DNA of 64,000 nt from Alkalispirochaeta sp. (GTDB lineage Bacteria > Spirochaetota > Spirochaetia > DSM-27196 > Alkalispirochaetaceae). Position 1 is the first letter of the stretch. Each line of letters starts with the position of its first letter. A program made the position numbers and the translations under genes. The stretch covers positions 192,001 through 256,000 of the forward strand of contig CBDESZ010000016.1 in the NCBI GenBank assembly GCA_965242725.1. Reading direction: 5' to 3'. The notes beneath the pieces were generated by a model. It searched no databases, was not told the origin of the DNA, and saw nothing but the letters and a program-made list of their open reading frames with translations. This document shows, one piece after another, positions 10,482-20,768 of the stretch.

Positions 10482-11648
10482 ATGAGCGATCGACGATACC
10501 TCTTTACTTCGGAAAGTGTCAGCGAGGGACATCCCGACAAGCTGGCCGATCAGATCAGCGACGCCGTCCTGGATGCATGTCTCCGGGACGATCCGACGAG
10601 CCACGTGGCGTGTGAAACCTTTACCACCACCGGACTGGTCCTGGTGGGCGGAGAAATCACGACCAATACCTATGTGGATATTCAGCAGATTGCCCGGGGC
10701 GTCGCAAAGCGGGTTGGATATGATGATCCCGCCTACGGACTTGATTTCGAATCGATGAGTGTCATGAGTGCGATTCACGCCCAGAGTGTCGATATCAATC
10801 AGGGTGTCGTCGGCAGCGGGCTCAAGGAGTATGAAGGAAAGCAGGGGGCCGGCGATCAGGGTATGATGTTTGGATACGCCTGTGACGAAACGCCGGAACT
10901 GATGCCGGCGCCAATCAGTTACGCCCATCAGCTGCTGCGGTACGCCGCCAAGATGCGCAAGAACGGCGACATCACGTGGATGAGACCCGATTCAAAAAGC
11001 CAGGTCACCGTGGAATATGACGGCCACACGCCCCGCAGGATCGATACCGTCGTTATCAGTCATCAGCACGATCCCGACGTCACCCACGCCCAGATCAGGG
11101 ATGAGGTGATCGAGCTGGTGATCAAGCCGATTCTGGAACCGACGGGCCTGCTGGACAAGTCGACGCGGTATTTCATCAACCCCACCGGCCGGTTTGTCAT
11201 CGGCGGACCCCATGGCGACACCGGTCTGACGGGACGCAAGATCATCGTCGATACCTACGGCGGCATGGGACGCCACGGCGGCGGAGCATTTTCAGGAAAG
11301 GATCCCAGTAAGGTGGATCGATCGGCGGCGTATATGGCGCGATATGTGGCAAAGAACATCGTCGCCGCCGGTCTCGCCGGGCGGGCGGAGGTGCAACTCG
11401 CCTACGCCATCGGCGTCCCCTTCCCGGTAAGTGTCATGGTGGAAACCTTCGGCACCGGAACGGTTCCGGAAGAGCGCATTGCAGGGGCCGTTGAAACGGT
11501 TTTTGACCTCTCGCCCCGGGGCATTATCGATACGCTGGATCTTCTGAAACCCATTTACCAGGAAACGGCAACGTACGGCCACTTCGGAAGGGACTCCTTT
11601 CGCTGGGAAGTCACCGACAAGGTGACGGACCTCCAAAACGCCGTCTAG
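10482..11648 (+). CDS. metK: S-adenosylmethionine synthetase
   Basis: [35 protein letters not shown]. Confidence 0.98.
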   Translation: MSDRRYLFTSESVSEGHPDKLADQISDAVLDACLRDDPTSHVACETFTTTGLVLVGGEITTNTYVDIQQIARGVAKRVGYDDPAYGLDFESMSVMSAIHAQSVDINQGVVGSGLKEYEGKQGAGDQGMMFGYACDETPELMPAPISYAHQLLRYAAKMRKNGDITWMRPDSKSQVTVEYDGHTPRRIDTVVISHQHDPDVTHAQIRDEVIELVIKPILEPTGLLDKSTRYFINPTGRFVIGGPHGDTGLTGRKIIVDTYGGMGRHGGGAFSGKDPSKVDRSAAYMARYVAKNIVAAGLAGRAEVQLAYAIGVPFPVSVMVETFGTGTVPEERIAGAVETVFDLSPRGIIDTLDLLKPIYQETATYGHFGRDSFRWEVTDKVTDLQNAV

Positions 11649-11668
11649 GTCGCTGTGGACGAGTGACT

Positions 11669-12598
11669 ATGGGCAAAGAGACACCCCGCGTCGCCGACCT
11701 GCTTGAAGCGGGTCGGACCATTTTCAGCTTTGAGTTTTTTCCCCCGAAGACGGAAAAAGGATGGGGAAACCTGTTGCGGACCATCGGAACGGAGCTTCTG
11801 CCTCTGGAACCGGCTTACGTCAGCGTTACCTACGGCGCCGGCGGGTCCACCCGGCGGCAGACCCATGAACTGGTTACCCGAATTCAGGAGGAGTTCGGAC
11901 TCACCGTGGTCGCACATCTCACCTGCGTCGGATCGCTCAGGGATGAGATCGACGGAATTCTTGAAGGCTATGCCCGCGCGGGGGTGAGAAACATCCTCGC
12001 CCTTCGTGGAGACCCGCCGGCGGACGAAGAGACACGGTCCGCCCTCGCGGACAGACTCGGCGCCGACGGAGAGGGTAGCCGCGATTTTCCCTACGCCGGT
12101 GATCTTGTGGCACACATCCGCCGGCGATATCCCGATTTTTCGATCGGTGTTGCAGGTTTTCCCGAGGGACATCCGGCGACACCCAACCGCCTGCAGGAAA
12201 TAGAGCTCCTGAAACAGAAGGTGCAGGCCGGGGCGGACTACATCGTGACGCAAATGTTTTTTGATAATCGCGACTATTTTGACTATGTCGAACGGTTGCG
12301 TCTGGCCGGTGTTTCCGTACCGGTTGTACCGGGGATCATGCCGGTGACGAGTCGCAAGGGTATGGAAAAAATGGCGAAACTTGCCGCGGGGTCCCGTTTT
12401 CCCGCTCCCCTCCTCCGTGCGGTGTCACGGGCGCGGGGTGACGATGCGGTGACCAGGGTGGGGACGCAGTGGGCGACGGCACAAATTGCGGAACTCCTGA
12501 ACGCAGATGTGCCGGGGATTCACCTGTACACCCTCAACAACTCCCGTTCGACAATCGATATCTGCCGGAATCTGGGGCTGGACTCCTACAAGGTGTGA
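11669..12598 (+). CDS. metF: 5,10-methylenetetrahydrofolate reductase
   Basis: SFEFFPPKT, SVTYGAGG, AHLTC, LALRGDPP, FPEGHP, TQMFFD, HLYTLN. Confidence 0.95.
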   Translation: MGKETPRVADLLEAGRTIFSFEFFPPKTEKGWGNLLRTIGTELLPLEPAYVSVTYGAGGSTRRQTHELVTRIQEEFGLTVVAHLTCVGSLRDEIDGILEGYARAGVRNILALRGDPPADEETRSALADRLGADGEGSRDFPYAGDLVAHIRRRYPDFSIGVAGFPEGHPATPNRLQEIELLKQKVQAGADYIVTQMFFDNRDYFDYVERLRLAGVSVPVVPGIMPVTSRKGMEKMAKLAAGSRFPAPLLRAVSRARGDDAVTRVGTQWATAQIAELLNADVPGIHLYTLNNSRSTIDICRNLGLDSYKV

Positions 12599-12694
12599 TA
12601 TACAAAGTGTGATATCCGGGGAGAGAAGCGGGTGCCCGTCCGGAACGGCGCACTCCACTACCCCGTCGACCGGGAAGTGTCACCTTCCAATTCC

Positions 12695-14167
12695 CTAATA
12701 GTGGTGGCCGAGGCCGATAAAGAGTTCCCGCGCCTCCGACGACAGCGGCGCCGCGCCGTCCTGCACGGCGTAGAGATCCACTCCCAGGGATGCGCGAATG
12801 TAGAGACTCCGGGCAAAGAGGGGAAATCCGACGACCTCTATGCCGGTGCCGTACCGCAAATCCCGTTTGGATTCAAAGGATTTGTCCGTGTAGAAATCGC
12901 CTCGCAGATCCCTTACGTAGGCGACATCAAAAAAGGCGCCCACCTGAGCCTCAAAGAGCGGCCGAAGTGTCCAGAGGGTAAAGACCGCGTCAAGGTTGAG
13001 AAAGAGCCCGAGATCGCCGTTCATCGTATTGTCAAGAAGACCCCGTGCAGCGGCTGCGGCGTCCTCCTGGTCTTCATCCGCCCCGTCGATAAGGTAAAAA
13101 CCGGAGAAGGCGGCGCTCACTCCCGCCTTGGGTGGGTTTTCAGGATTTTCAGGCATCAGGGGTTGGTATACCGCGGTGAGAAAGGCGACTTCCCGATTCC
13201 AGCGCTCCCGGACGATGTTGTAGGCGTTGTCATTGCTGATTTCGATCGTGCTGCCTCGACGGTAATTGCCGAACCAGTCATAGTCGCCCGCGCCGAGGGC
13301 GTGCTCAAATCCGGCGGTGATTCCACTGCGGTTCCTGCTGATCCCGCCGGGTCGGTGGTTCCGCTCCACATAGACACCGGGACGGTACTCCACCGTACCG
13401 TACAGCGGCAGAGCAACACCGGTATCGACGGTACTGCCCAGTTCCACTTCACTGGTGAAGTAGGAAAAATCTTCCTCCGGATCGTCGGTGAGGTAGCGAT
13501 AGGACTCGGTGTAGATTGCTTCCCAGTCAAGTCCCAACCAGTCGAAACGATAGCCGAGGCCGGCGGAAATGTCGAAGTCGAAATCCTCACCGTCGGTTTC
13601 AAAACTCTCCGTAAAGATCAGTTCCCACCGCTGTTCCAGCAGGTTGAAGGGCAATCGAAACTGAGACGCGATGGTGAACAGGTCGGTATCGTCTTCGGTC
13701 CGCTCGTAGTCGAAATCGATTTCAAGCTCCTGCATCGTTCCGAAGAAATTATAGTCCCTCGTCCTGAGACTCAGTAACAGACCGCTGTTGGAGTCGTATT
13801 TGAAATAGGGAAGAATGATGAAATTCCACGTATCCCTGACGCTTACCGTCACCGCTACATCCCGGGTGTTATCTTCCGACGGGGAGTCGGAGATGACCCA
13901 TTCCACCGCGACATCCTGCAGGACCCGCTGGTTCACGAGAATCTGCCTCTGCCTGAGCAGAAACTCCTCCAGCTCGACTTCCGAGGCGAAAATCGCCCCC
14001 TCCTGCAGATCGAGAATGTCGTCGAGGGCCCACTCCCGGGTCCGACCGTCGATGTTGTAGGTTATCGTATCTATACGAAATCCGGAGGCGGGGGTATCGG
14101 CGAAAAGTGCAGCTGTAGCTGCCAAGAAGGTTGCTGCCGCAATGATTAGGAGTCGTTTGCTCGTCAC
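12695..14167 (-). CDS. Outer-membrane protein, POTRA-like N-terminus plus beta-barrel (Omp85/TamA-like, tentative)
   Basis: Probable GTG start at 14167 (AAGGA RBS) giving signal peptide MTSKRLLIIAAATFLAATAALFA. GRTREWAL and VRDTWNFIILPYFKYDSNSG segments, alternating beta-strand pattern, C-terminal LFIGLGHHY. Confidence 0.6.
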   Translation of the reverse strand: MTSKRLLIIAAATFLAATAALFADTPASGFRIDTITYNIDGRTREWALDDILDLQEGAIFASEVELEEFLLRQRQILVNQRVLQDVAVEWVISDSPSEDNTRDVAVTVSVRDTWNFIILPYFKYDSNSGLLLSLRTRDYNFFGTMQELEIDFDYERTEDDTDLFTIASQFRLPFNLLEQRWELIFTESFETDGEDFDFDISAGLGYRFDWLGLDWEAIYTESYRYLTDDPEEDFSYFTSEVELGSTVDTGVALPLYGTVEYRPGVYVERNHRPGGISRNRSGITAGFEHALGAGDYDWFGNYRRGSTIEISNDNAYNIVRERWNREVAFLTAVYQPLMPENPENPPKAGVSAAFSGFYLIDGADEDQEDAAAAARGLLDNTMNGDLGLFLNLDAVFTLWTLRPLFEAQVGAFFDVAYVRDLRGDFYTDKSFESKRDLRYGTGIEVVGFPLFARSLYIRASLGVDLYAVQDGAAPLSSEARELFIGLGHHY

Positions 14168-14210
14168 CTGTTTTTCCTTAATTTTGACCGACAGAATACA
14201 TGATTTGCGG

Positions 14211-14762
14211 TCATTGCGAAAGCCCGCGTCCCTCGGACGCCTCTTCCACGGTACGGACTGCCCGGGAGATGACGGCAGGCAGCGCGATCTCTTCATCGGG
14301 AGAAAAGCGTTCCAGAATCCAGTCTCCCGGTTTCCGGCCCGCCGGCGGTCTGCCGACACCGATTCGGAGTCGCCAGAAATCGGCAGTGCCGAGGGACTGA
14401 CTGATGGAACGGACTCCGTTGTTGCCGCGGTGGCCGCCGGAAAAGGCGATTTGAACCGTACCGAATGGCGTTTCCATGTCGTCATGGACGACGAGTATCT
14501 CCGCGGGAGAGAGGTTGAAGAAATCCCGCGCCGCCTGCACGCTCCGGCCGCTCACATTCATGTAGGTCAATGGCGTGAGGAGTATCCGTTCTCCTTCTTT
14601 GATGAAACGGCCGTGAAATTTCTCTTTCCACGCCGAAGCGGGAGCGGACGTCAGCTCGGGAACGAGAAGCCACGCCACGTTGTGGCGGCTACGTTCATAC
14701 TGCCGACCGGGATTCCCCAATAATGCGATGAGCCGGATTGCTTGATTTCCTTGTGCCTTCAT
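14211..14762 (-). CDS. pth: Peptidyl-tRNA hydrolase
   Basis: LGNPGRQYERSRHNVA, PLTYMNVSG, VVHDD, GNNGVRSI, RLRIGVGRP. Confidence 0.93.
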   Translation of the reverse strand: MKAQGNQAIRLIALLGNPGRQYERSRHNVAWLLVPELTSAPASAWKEKFHGRFIKEGERILLTPLTYMNVSGRSVQAARDFFNLSPAEILVVHDDMETPFGTVQIAFSGGHRGNNGVRSISQSLGTADFWRLRIGVGRPPAGRKPGDWILERFSPDEEIALPAVISRAVRTVEEASEGRGLSQ

Positions 14763-14776
14763 AGTAGTTAGTTCAT

Positions 14777-15784
14777 ATGGTTGAAGATGTACGTGTATTA
14801 CTGTCGGACAGCACCGATCCGTGGTTCAATCTCGCAACGGAAGACTGGATCTTCCGTGAGCTCGATCCCCATACGCATACGCTCTTTCTCTGGCGCAACG
14901 ATAACACAGTCGTCATCGGACGTCACCAGAACCCCTGGGTGGAATGCAAGGTGGACAAAATGGAACGGGACGGCGTCTTTCTTGCCCGCCGACAGAGCGG
15001 CGGTGGTGCCGTCTTTCACGACCTGGGAAATACGAATTTCACCTTCCTTTCATCAAGCGACGGATACGACCAGGAAGGCAATTTTTCAGTCGTCATCGAC
15101 GCACTGGCGCAGTTCGGTATTGTTGCGGAACGTTCCGGGCGAAACGACATCCTCGTGGAGGGACGGAAGGTCTCCGGCAGCGCCTTCAAGCACACAAGGG
15201 AGCGCAGTTTCCACCACGGCACGCTGCTCATCAACGCCGATCTGGGCAGGCTCACGGACTATCTCAACCCCCACAAAAAAAAGCTCGTCGCAAAAGGGAT
15301 AAAATCGGTACGAAGTCGCGTTGCCAACCTCACGGAATTTCAGCCGGGGCTTACCCACGACGCGATGTGCGCGGCGGTGACGGAGAGCTTTTTCCAGCGC
15401 CTCGGAAAACGGTGTGAACCGGAGCTGCTCAACCTGGACACCCTCCGGAGGATTCCCTCCCTGGACGCCTACTACCGGCAGATGGCTGACTGGGAGTGGC
15501 GATTCGGCCGTACCCCCGACTTCACCCACCATCTTGAAGAGCGCTTTGACTGGGGCGGTATGGATATCTACCTGGATGTCCATCGCGGGACGATAGCCAC
15601 GGCGAAAATATTCTCCGACGCGATGGACTCGGAGATGATCGACGTCCTGCAGGGGCTGTTGCCTGATACGCGGTATACCCGAACCTCCATAGAAGACCGC
15701 ATCGCCGAGGCGGAACGGACCATTCCGGAACGTTCGGCGGAACTTGAAGATCTGCGACGGTGGTTGTCGCAGATGATCGCCTGA
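14777..15784 (+). CDS. lplA: Lipoate-protein ligase A
   Basis: DPWFNLATED, IGRHQNPW, RRQSGGGAVFHDLGN, RNDI...KVSGSA, HHGTLL, KSVRSRVANL. Confidence 0.96.
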   Translation: MVEDVRVLLSDSTDPWFNLATEDWIFRELDPHTHTLFLWRNDNTVVIGRHQNPWVECKVDKMERDGVFLARRQSGGGAVFHDLGNTNFTFLSSSDGYDQEGNFSVVIDALAQFGIVAERSGRNDILVEGRKVSGSAFKHTRERSFHHGTLLINADLGRLTDYLNPHKKKLVAKGIKSVRSRVANLTEFQPGLTHDAMCAAVTESFFQRLGKRCEPELLNLDTLRRIPSLDAYYRQMADWEWRFGRTPDFTHHLEERFDWGGMDIYLDVHRGTIATAKIFSDAMDSEMIDVLQGLLPDTRYTRTSIEDRIAEAERTIPERSAELEDLRRWLSQMIA

Positions 15785-15811
15785 ATCAAATTCACGACCA
15801 GGGAGGAGCGC

Positions 15812-16516
15812 ATGAGTATTCACATAGGGGCAAAGAGCGGTCAAATCGCCGATACGGTTCTTCTGCCGGGTGATCCCCTGCGGGCACAATTTGTGGCCAG
15901 GGAGTTTCTGGAAGGAGCGCATAAGTACAACGACGTCCGGGGGATGCTTGGATTCACGGGCAGCTACAAGGGGACGCCCGTCTCCGTTCAGGGATCGGGA
16001 ATGGGCATGCCAAGCCTTTCCATATATGTGAACGAACTGATCCGCTTTTACGGTGCCCGGCGTCTCATCAGGATCGGATCGTGCGGTGCGATTCAGGAGG
16101 CGATCGGACTGCGGGAGATTATCCTCGCCATGACCGCCTCCACAGACAGCGCCATGAACCGCCTGCGCTTTCAGGGCATGGACTTTGCCCCCGCCGCGAC
16201 GTGGTCTCTCTTTCGCGCCGCCGTGGACGTTCTGGAGCGTCGGGGCACGCCCTACCACGCCGGGGGCATTCTCTCAAGCGACGCCTTCTATACGGACGAT
16301 CCCGACCAGTGGAAGCTCTGGGCCGCCCACAACGTCCTCGCAATCGAGATGGAAACCAACCAGCTCTACACCCTCGCCGCCCGGCACCGGGTTGAGGCGT
16401 TGAGCATTCTCACCGTCAGTGACAGTCTTGTTTCTCAGGACGAACTTACGGCGGCGGAACGGCAGTCATCCTTTCATGAAATGGTTGAAACCGCCCTTGA
16501 AACGGCGATTTCGTGA
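15812..16516 (+). CDS. deoD: Purine-nucleoside phosphorylase (DeoD type)
   Basis: LLPGDPLRA, VRGMLGFTG, GMGMPS, RIGSCG, EME, LTVSD. Confidence 0.96.
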   Translation: MSIHIGAKSGQIADTVLLPGDPLRAQFVAREFLEGAHKYNDVRGMLGFTGSYKGTPVSVQGSGMGMPSLSIYVNELIRFYGARRLIRIGSCGAIQEAIGLREIILAMTASTDSAMNRLRFQGMDFAPAATWSLFRAAVDVLERRGTPYHAGGILSSDAFYTDDPDQWKLWAAHNVLAIEMETNQLYTLAARHRVEALSILTVSDSLVSQDELTAAERQSSFHEMVETALETAIS

Positions 16517-16537
16517 GTATCCCTTTTCACGCTTGAG

Positions 16538-17473
16538 TCAGCCGATAAAGAGGATGGCCACCCCCGCAACCGCGACGACGGCGCCGGCGATCTCCTGAAG
16601 GGTGATCGCCTCTTTTTTTACAAAGACGGAAATCGGAATGAGGATGACCGGCACGGTGGCGATGAGCGTTGACGCCACACCCGTTCCCGCCCGTTGCGCC
16701 GCGAAGAGGCCGAGGGAGACCCCCAGAAAGGGACCGAAAAAAGCACCCCTGGTGATAGACTTCATCGCTTTTCCGTCCCGAAATGCGACGGCGACGCGCT
16801 TCCAGCGGTGGGTCACCGCAAAGAGGATGATAAATCCCGCCATTCCGGCGAGGGATCTGATTTGGGTCGCCCCGAAGGGATCAAAATCCGGCGCTCCGTG
16901 ACGGCTGAGGACGAGACCGAGTGCCTGCCCGAGGGCGCCCAGCACGGCAAACCAGACGCCACGAAGGGGGTGTTCCACCAGCCGCTTCTTCTCAAGTGTA
17001 GCCGCCGGTGCGGCGATGTCCGGTGCGGCAAGGCGTTTCCTGGTGGTCACAACCATGACGATACCCGAGACGGTCGTCACCATTCCAAAGAGCTGTGACG
17101 GTGAGAGGGTCTCACCGAGGATTACCCAGCCAAGCACGGCGGTCATGGGAGGTACCGACGAATAGATGAGCATCGCCTTTCGGGCGCCGACGTCGACAAA
17201 GGCCTGAAAGAGGAAGAGGTCACCAAATACAAATCCGACGAGCCCCGAGAGGGTGAGCCACGTCCACACGTGGGCACCCGCGTCAAAGGGAAGGAACCGG
17301 TGATGGACGATGGAGCCGTAGACGGTGAATATCGCAAAGGCGACGATGAGACGTATGAGATTTACCTGGAGACTGCCGACCCGCTTCCCCGCGGATTCAA
17401 AGGACAAACTGGTGATTGCCCAGCAAAAGGCCGTTCCCAGGGCGGCGAGCTGCCCGAAAGTCTGTGTATTCAA
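16538..17473 (-). CDS. DMT/EamA-family transporter
   Basis: About ten hydrophobic segments in two repeats; LSGLVGFVFGDLF, GPFLGVSL, ILGETLS. Confidence 0.88.
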   Translation of the reverse strand: MNTQTFGQLAALGTAFCWAITSLSFESAGKRVGSLQVNLIRLIVAFAIFTVYGSIVHHRFLPFDAGAHVWTWLTLSGLVGFVFGDLFLFQAFVDVGARKAMLIYSSVPPMTAVLGWVILGETLSPSQLFGMVTTVSGIVMVVTTRKRLAAPDIAAPAATLEKKRLVEHPLRGVWFAVLGALGQALGLVLSRHGAPDFDPFGATQIRSLAGMAGFIILFAVTHRWKRVAVAFRDGKAMKSITRGAFFGPFLGVSLGLFAAQRAGTGVASTLIATVPVILIPISVFVKKEAITLQEIAGAVVAVAGVAILFIG

Positions 17474-17518
17474 TCGTTGCCTGCCCTTTCCTTCTCGTTT
17501 ACAATGATCAACACGAAC

Positions 17519-18037
17519 ATGTCCTTTGAAACACTGTTATCGATCCTCATTCAATACCGACTGGGCGTATACATTGCGCTTGTAATTCTCCCGCTTGCGA
17601 TTTTCGGGATGAGCTTCTTTCACGGCGTCTACGATGGTCGGGAAGCGCCGTGGCGTCACACCTACGCCTTCATGGTTCATGTGTTGACGGCGTTGTTTGC
17701 TGCGGTGGGAGCGCTCACGGTATATCACATTTTGGAGAGCGGGTCATCTGTAGTGGGCAGGGACGTGGTGACCGTCGTCGCGGCCTTCGCGGCGTCCTGG
17801 CTTCTTGTGCTCCTCGTGGTGAAACGGGCCGTCGACTTTTCAATGCTCCTTTCGGTGCGCAATCCGTTCGTATTGTTCACGTCGTGGGCCGTCGGGTGGG
17901 CCGCCGCATGGACCGTCGACCAATACGCCGTGCTGCCCTTTTCCGCGCCGCGGGTGGCGGTCCTCGCCATCACCGCGTGTATCGTATTTCTCGTGATACG
18001 GGTGATCCTCTCCATAGCGTTCAAGGTTCGTTCATGA
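17519..18037 (+). CDS. Hypothetical membrane protein
   Basis: About five TM segments; ATGA overlap with the next gene; start at 17504 or 17519. Confidence 0.6.
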   Translation: MSFETLLSILIQYRLGVYIALVILPLAIFGMSFFHGVYDGREAPWRHTYAFMVHVLTALFAAVGALTVYHILESGSSVVGRDVVTVVAAFAASWLLVLLVVKRAVDFSMLLSVRNPFVLFTSWAVGWAAAWTVDQYAVLPFSAPRVAVLAITACIVFLVIRVILSIAFKVRS

Positions 18038-18843
18038 CCTCCGACAGACTCCCCTGGAACAGCTACTGGATAACCGGCGCGGGGTCCGGAATCGGTAGGG
18101 CCCTTGCGCTTCACCTCTCTGCAACGGGACGGCGTCTTGTCCTGTCAGGACGGAGAAGGGATGCCCTTGAGGAAACCGCCGCCATGTGCCGAGGTTATGG
18201 CGCAGAGGTTGAGAACCTTCCCGTGGATCTCGCGGATGAGGCGGACCGTGTGCGTGCCTATCGGCACCTTGTGGAGAGCGCCGCTCTTCCGGAAGCGGTC
18301 TTTCACAACGCCGGCATCAGTCAGCGGTCATACGCGGCGGATACGGAGTTTTCCGTGGACAAAGCGATACATGAAGTGAACTTCGTTGCGCCGGTCCATC
18401 TCACCAAACTGCTTCTGCCTCATATGATCGAGGAGAACCGGGGATGCATCGTCGCCGTTTCCAGCCTTGCCGGACTGCTGGCCGCTCCGCTGCGCAGTGC
18501 CTATAACGCCGCGAAGGCGGCACAGATATCCTACTTCCGTACCCTCAGGAATGAGCTGCACGATACGGGCGTCCTCGTTGCCGTGGCGTTGCCGGGATTT
18601 GTCCGCACCGATGTCTCCCGCAACGCCCTTACTGGAAACGGTGCTCCCTACGGCACGATGGATCCCAATCAGGAGTCGGGAATTACACCGGGTGACGCCG
18701 CCGCGGCGATTATCGCCGGTGTGGAACGGCGCAAACCGATAATCTCAACAGGTCTTTCCATCCGCGGCCGGGTCATTCTGGCGATTGAACGATTTTCTCC
18801 CTCCCTTGCCGACGCGATTCTCCGCAGCCGCGAGGTGCGGTAG
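18034..18843 (+). CDS. Short-chain dehydrogenase/reductase
   Basis: ATG at 18034; WITGAGSGIG, HNAGISQRS, VSSLAG, YNAAK (YxxxK), PGFVRT. Confidence 0.9.
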   Translation: MTSDRLPWNSYWITGAGSGIGRALALHLSATGRRLVLSGRRRDALEETAAMCRGYGAEVENLPVDLADEADRVRAYRHLVESAALPEAVFHNAGISQRSYAADTEFSVDKAIHEVNFVAPVHLTKLLLPHMIEENRGCIVAVSSLAGLLAAPLRSAYNAAKAAQISYFRTLRNELHDTGVLVAVALPGFVRTDVSRNALTGNGAPYGTMDPNQESGITPGDAAAAIIAGVERRKPIISTGLSIRGRVILAIERFSPSLADAILRSREVR

Positions 18844-19718
18844 TGATAATTGGTCTCTTTCCCGACGCGCTGTCGGTCGTCGTTGCAACCGACGGAAGGG
18901 GAACTTCCTTCCGTCTGCCGACCACAGGCGAGCTGCAGGAGGCGGGAGTTTCGGTGCCCGAGGATATCTGGGAGTTTTTCCGGTACGGTGAGGATTCCGT
19001 CGGCGGCCTCCTCCTTGATCCGGGGGCGGCGGCGCACCTGCCTCTGAAAGGCGGAAACGGTGCCGGCGCAGGCGACGCCTCCGACCGCTCCAGCCTCCAT
19101 CTTGAAGTGGTCCGCCGGCGGGATGCCGTTTCGCACATGGATACGGACGACTTCTGGGCTATGAACAGGACCTTTCACCTTGCCCACTGGGACAGGCACA
19201 CCCGTTTCTGCGGCGCCTGTGCAGCCGCGATGGAACGGAGTTCCTCGGAGATTTCAAAACGCTGCCCCTCCTGCGGAGCAGTCAGCTATCCCCACATCGC
19301 TCCGGCCGTTATCGTTGCGATCGTGAAAGAGGGAAAACTGCTCCTTGCCCACAACGCTCAGCGACCGACAAATATGTACAGCGTTCTCGCCGGATTTGTG
19401 GAACCGGGGGAGTCCCTTGAGCATGCGGTCAGCCGGGAAGTATTTGAAGAAAGCGGAATTACCGTGCGCAATATTGAATACTTTTCCAGCCAGCCCTGGC
19501 CCTTTCCCGGCTCCCTCATGATAGCCTTTACGGCGGAGTACGCAGCGGGTACCGTCGTTCCCGACCGGGAAGAAATTGACGAGATCGGCTGGTTTGCTCC
19601 CGGTGAGCTGCCCGAGGAGTTGCCCGGGTCGCTGAGCGTCGCCCGCCGGCTCATTGAGTGGTTTGTGAGCGAATATGGAACGGATGATGACCTTCGGGCG
19701 CTGTGTGCACGTTTGTAA
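18843..19718 (+). CDS. nudC: NAD(H) pyrophosphatase
   Basis: Zn finger CGAC...CPSC, Nudix box GFVEPGESLEHAVSREVFEESG, SQPWPFPGSLM signature. Confidence 0.93.
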   Translation: MIIGLFPDALSVVVATDGRGTSFRLPTTGELQEAGVSVPEDIWEFFRYGEDSVGGLLLDPGAAAHLPLKGGNGAGAGDASDRSSLHLEVVRRRDAVSHMDTDDFWAMNRTFHLAHWDRHTRFCGACAAAMERSSSEISKRCPSCGAVSYPHIAPAVIVAIVKEGKLLLAHNAQRPTNMYSVLAGFVEPGESLEHAVSREVFEESGITVRNIEYFSSQPWPFPGSLMIAFTAEYAAGTVVPDREEIDEIGWFAPGELPEELPGSLSVARRLIEWFVSEYGTDDDLRALCARL

Positions 19719-19778
19719 CAGTTTAGTTTTACACTTGATCAATCAATAGCAACCAATTACCTTATGGAGGAGGAAATT

Positions 19779-20765
19779 ATGAAACCAGTAGTTTGGGGTG
19801 TTCTTGGCGTATCAACGCACTATCGCCTGCGGGTATCGGCCGGGCTGAAAAAATCGGATGCGGTGCAGCTTCACGCCATCGCGTCCAGAGACGGCGCCCG
19901 TGCGGAAGCGGCGGCGAAGGAACAGGGGTTTACCCATGGCTATGGAAGCTACGAGGCCCTTCTTGAGGACCCCGCGATCGAGGCGGTCTATATCCCCCTT
20001 CCCAACCATATGCATCTTCAATGGATAAAACGGGCCGCCGATGCGGGAAAACACATTCTCTGTGAAAAGCCCCTCGGCCTCAACGCCGGCGAAGTGGAAG
20101 AGGCGATCGCCTATACACGGAAAAAGAAGGTTCTCCTCATGGAGGGCTTTATGTACCGCTTCCATCCCCAGTGGATCAGGGCGCGGGAACTCGTCGCCAT
20201 AGGGGAAGTGGGAACGCCCACGGCGGTGCAGGGACACTTCTTTTACAACAACCAGAATCCCGGTGATATCCGCAACCGGCCCGAGGCGGGCGGCGGCGGT
20301 ATCCTGGACATCGGATGTTATGCCGTTTCGTCGACCCGCTACCTTCTGGGCCGGGAACCGAAGCGCGTGGTCGGTCTCATTCAATGGGATGAGCGCTTCG
20401 GCACCGACCGACTGGCAAGCGGAATTCTCGACTTTGAGGACGTCCAGGCGACCTTTACCGTCGGTACTCAGACGGGTGCCGCCCAGGGTGTGCGCCTCTT
20501 CGGAACGGGCGGCAGCGTGGAGGTGGTTCTTCCCTTTAACGCCTACCCCGACGTTCCCCTGGCGGTCCATGTCCGCTCCGGTGTGGGAAACCGCACCGTA
20601 TACACCGGACCGACCGACCAGTACGTGGAGCAGTTTGAGGCCTTTTCCCGGGCGGTGAGAAACGGTACGGAAGAACCGACGCCACCCGAAGATGCCCTGA
20701 ACAACCAGAAAGTCCTGGACGCCCTCTTCAGGAGCGGGAAAAGCGGCAGCTGGGAGAAGGTATAG
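19779..20765 (+). CDS. Gfo/Idh/MocA-family oxidoreductase
   Basis: WGVLG, YIPLPNHMH, HILCEKP, EGFMYRFHPQW, GGGILDIGCY. Start 19764 or 19779 (GGAGG precedes 19779). Confidence 0.9.
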   Translation: MKPVVWGVLGVSTHYRLRVSAGLKKSDAVQLHAIASRDGARAEAAAKEQGFTHGYGSYEALLEDPAIEAVYIPLPNHMHLQWIKRAADAGKHILCEKPLGLNAGEVEEAIAYTRKKKVLLMEGFMYRFHPQWIRARELVAIGEVGTPTAVQGHFFYNNQNPGDIRNRPEAGGGGILDIGCYAVSSTRYLLGREPKRVVGLIQWDERFGTDRLASGILDFEDVQATFTVGTQTGAAQGVRLFGTGGSVEVVLPFNAYPDVPLAVHVRSGVGNRTVYTGPTDQYVEQFEAFSRAVRNGTEEPTPPEDALNNQKVLDALFRSGKSGSWEKV

Positions 20766-20768
20766 TCG

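Noticed and set aside
9152..10540. 462-aa antisense ORF (likewise 6197-7132, 12632-13777, 15086-16258, 19812-21581, 27484-28674, 28674-30629, 33606-34952, 40001-41026)
   Set aside because: They lie opposite well-supported genes and have no recognisable motifs; these are typical shadow ORFs of GC-rich coding DNA.
14168..14485. N-terminal extension of the 596-aa ORF 12695-14485
   Set aside because: It overlaps pth in another frame; an RBS and signal peptide point to the GTG at 14167.
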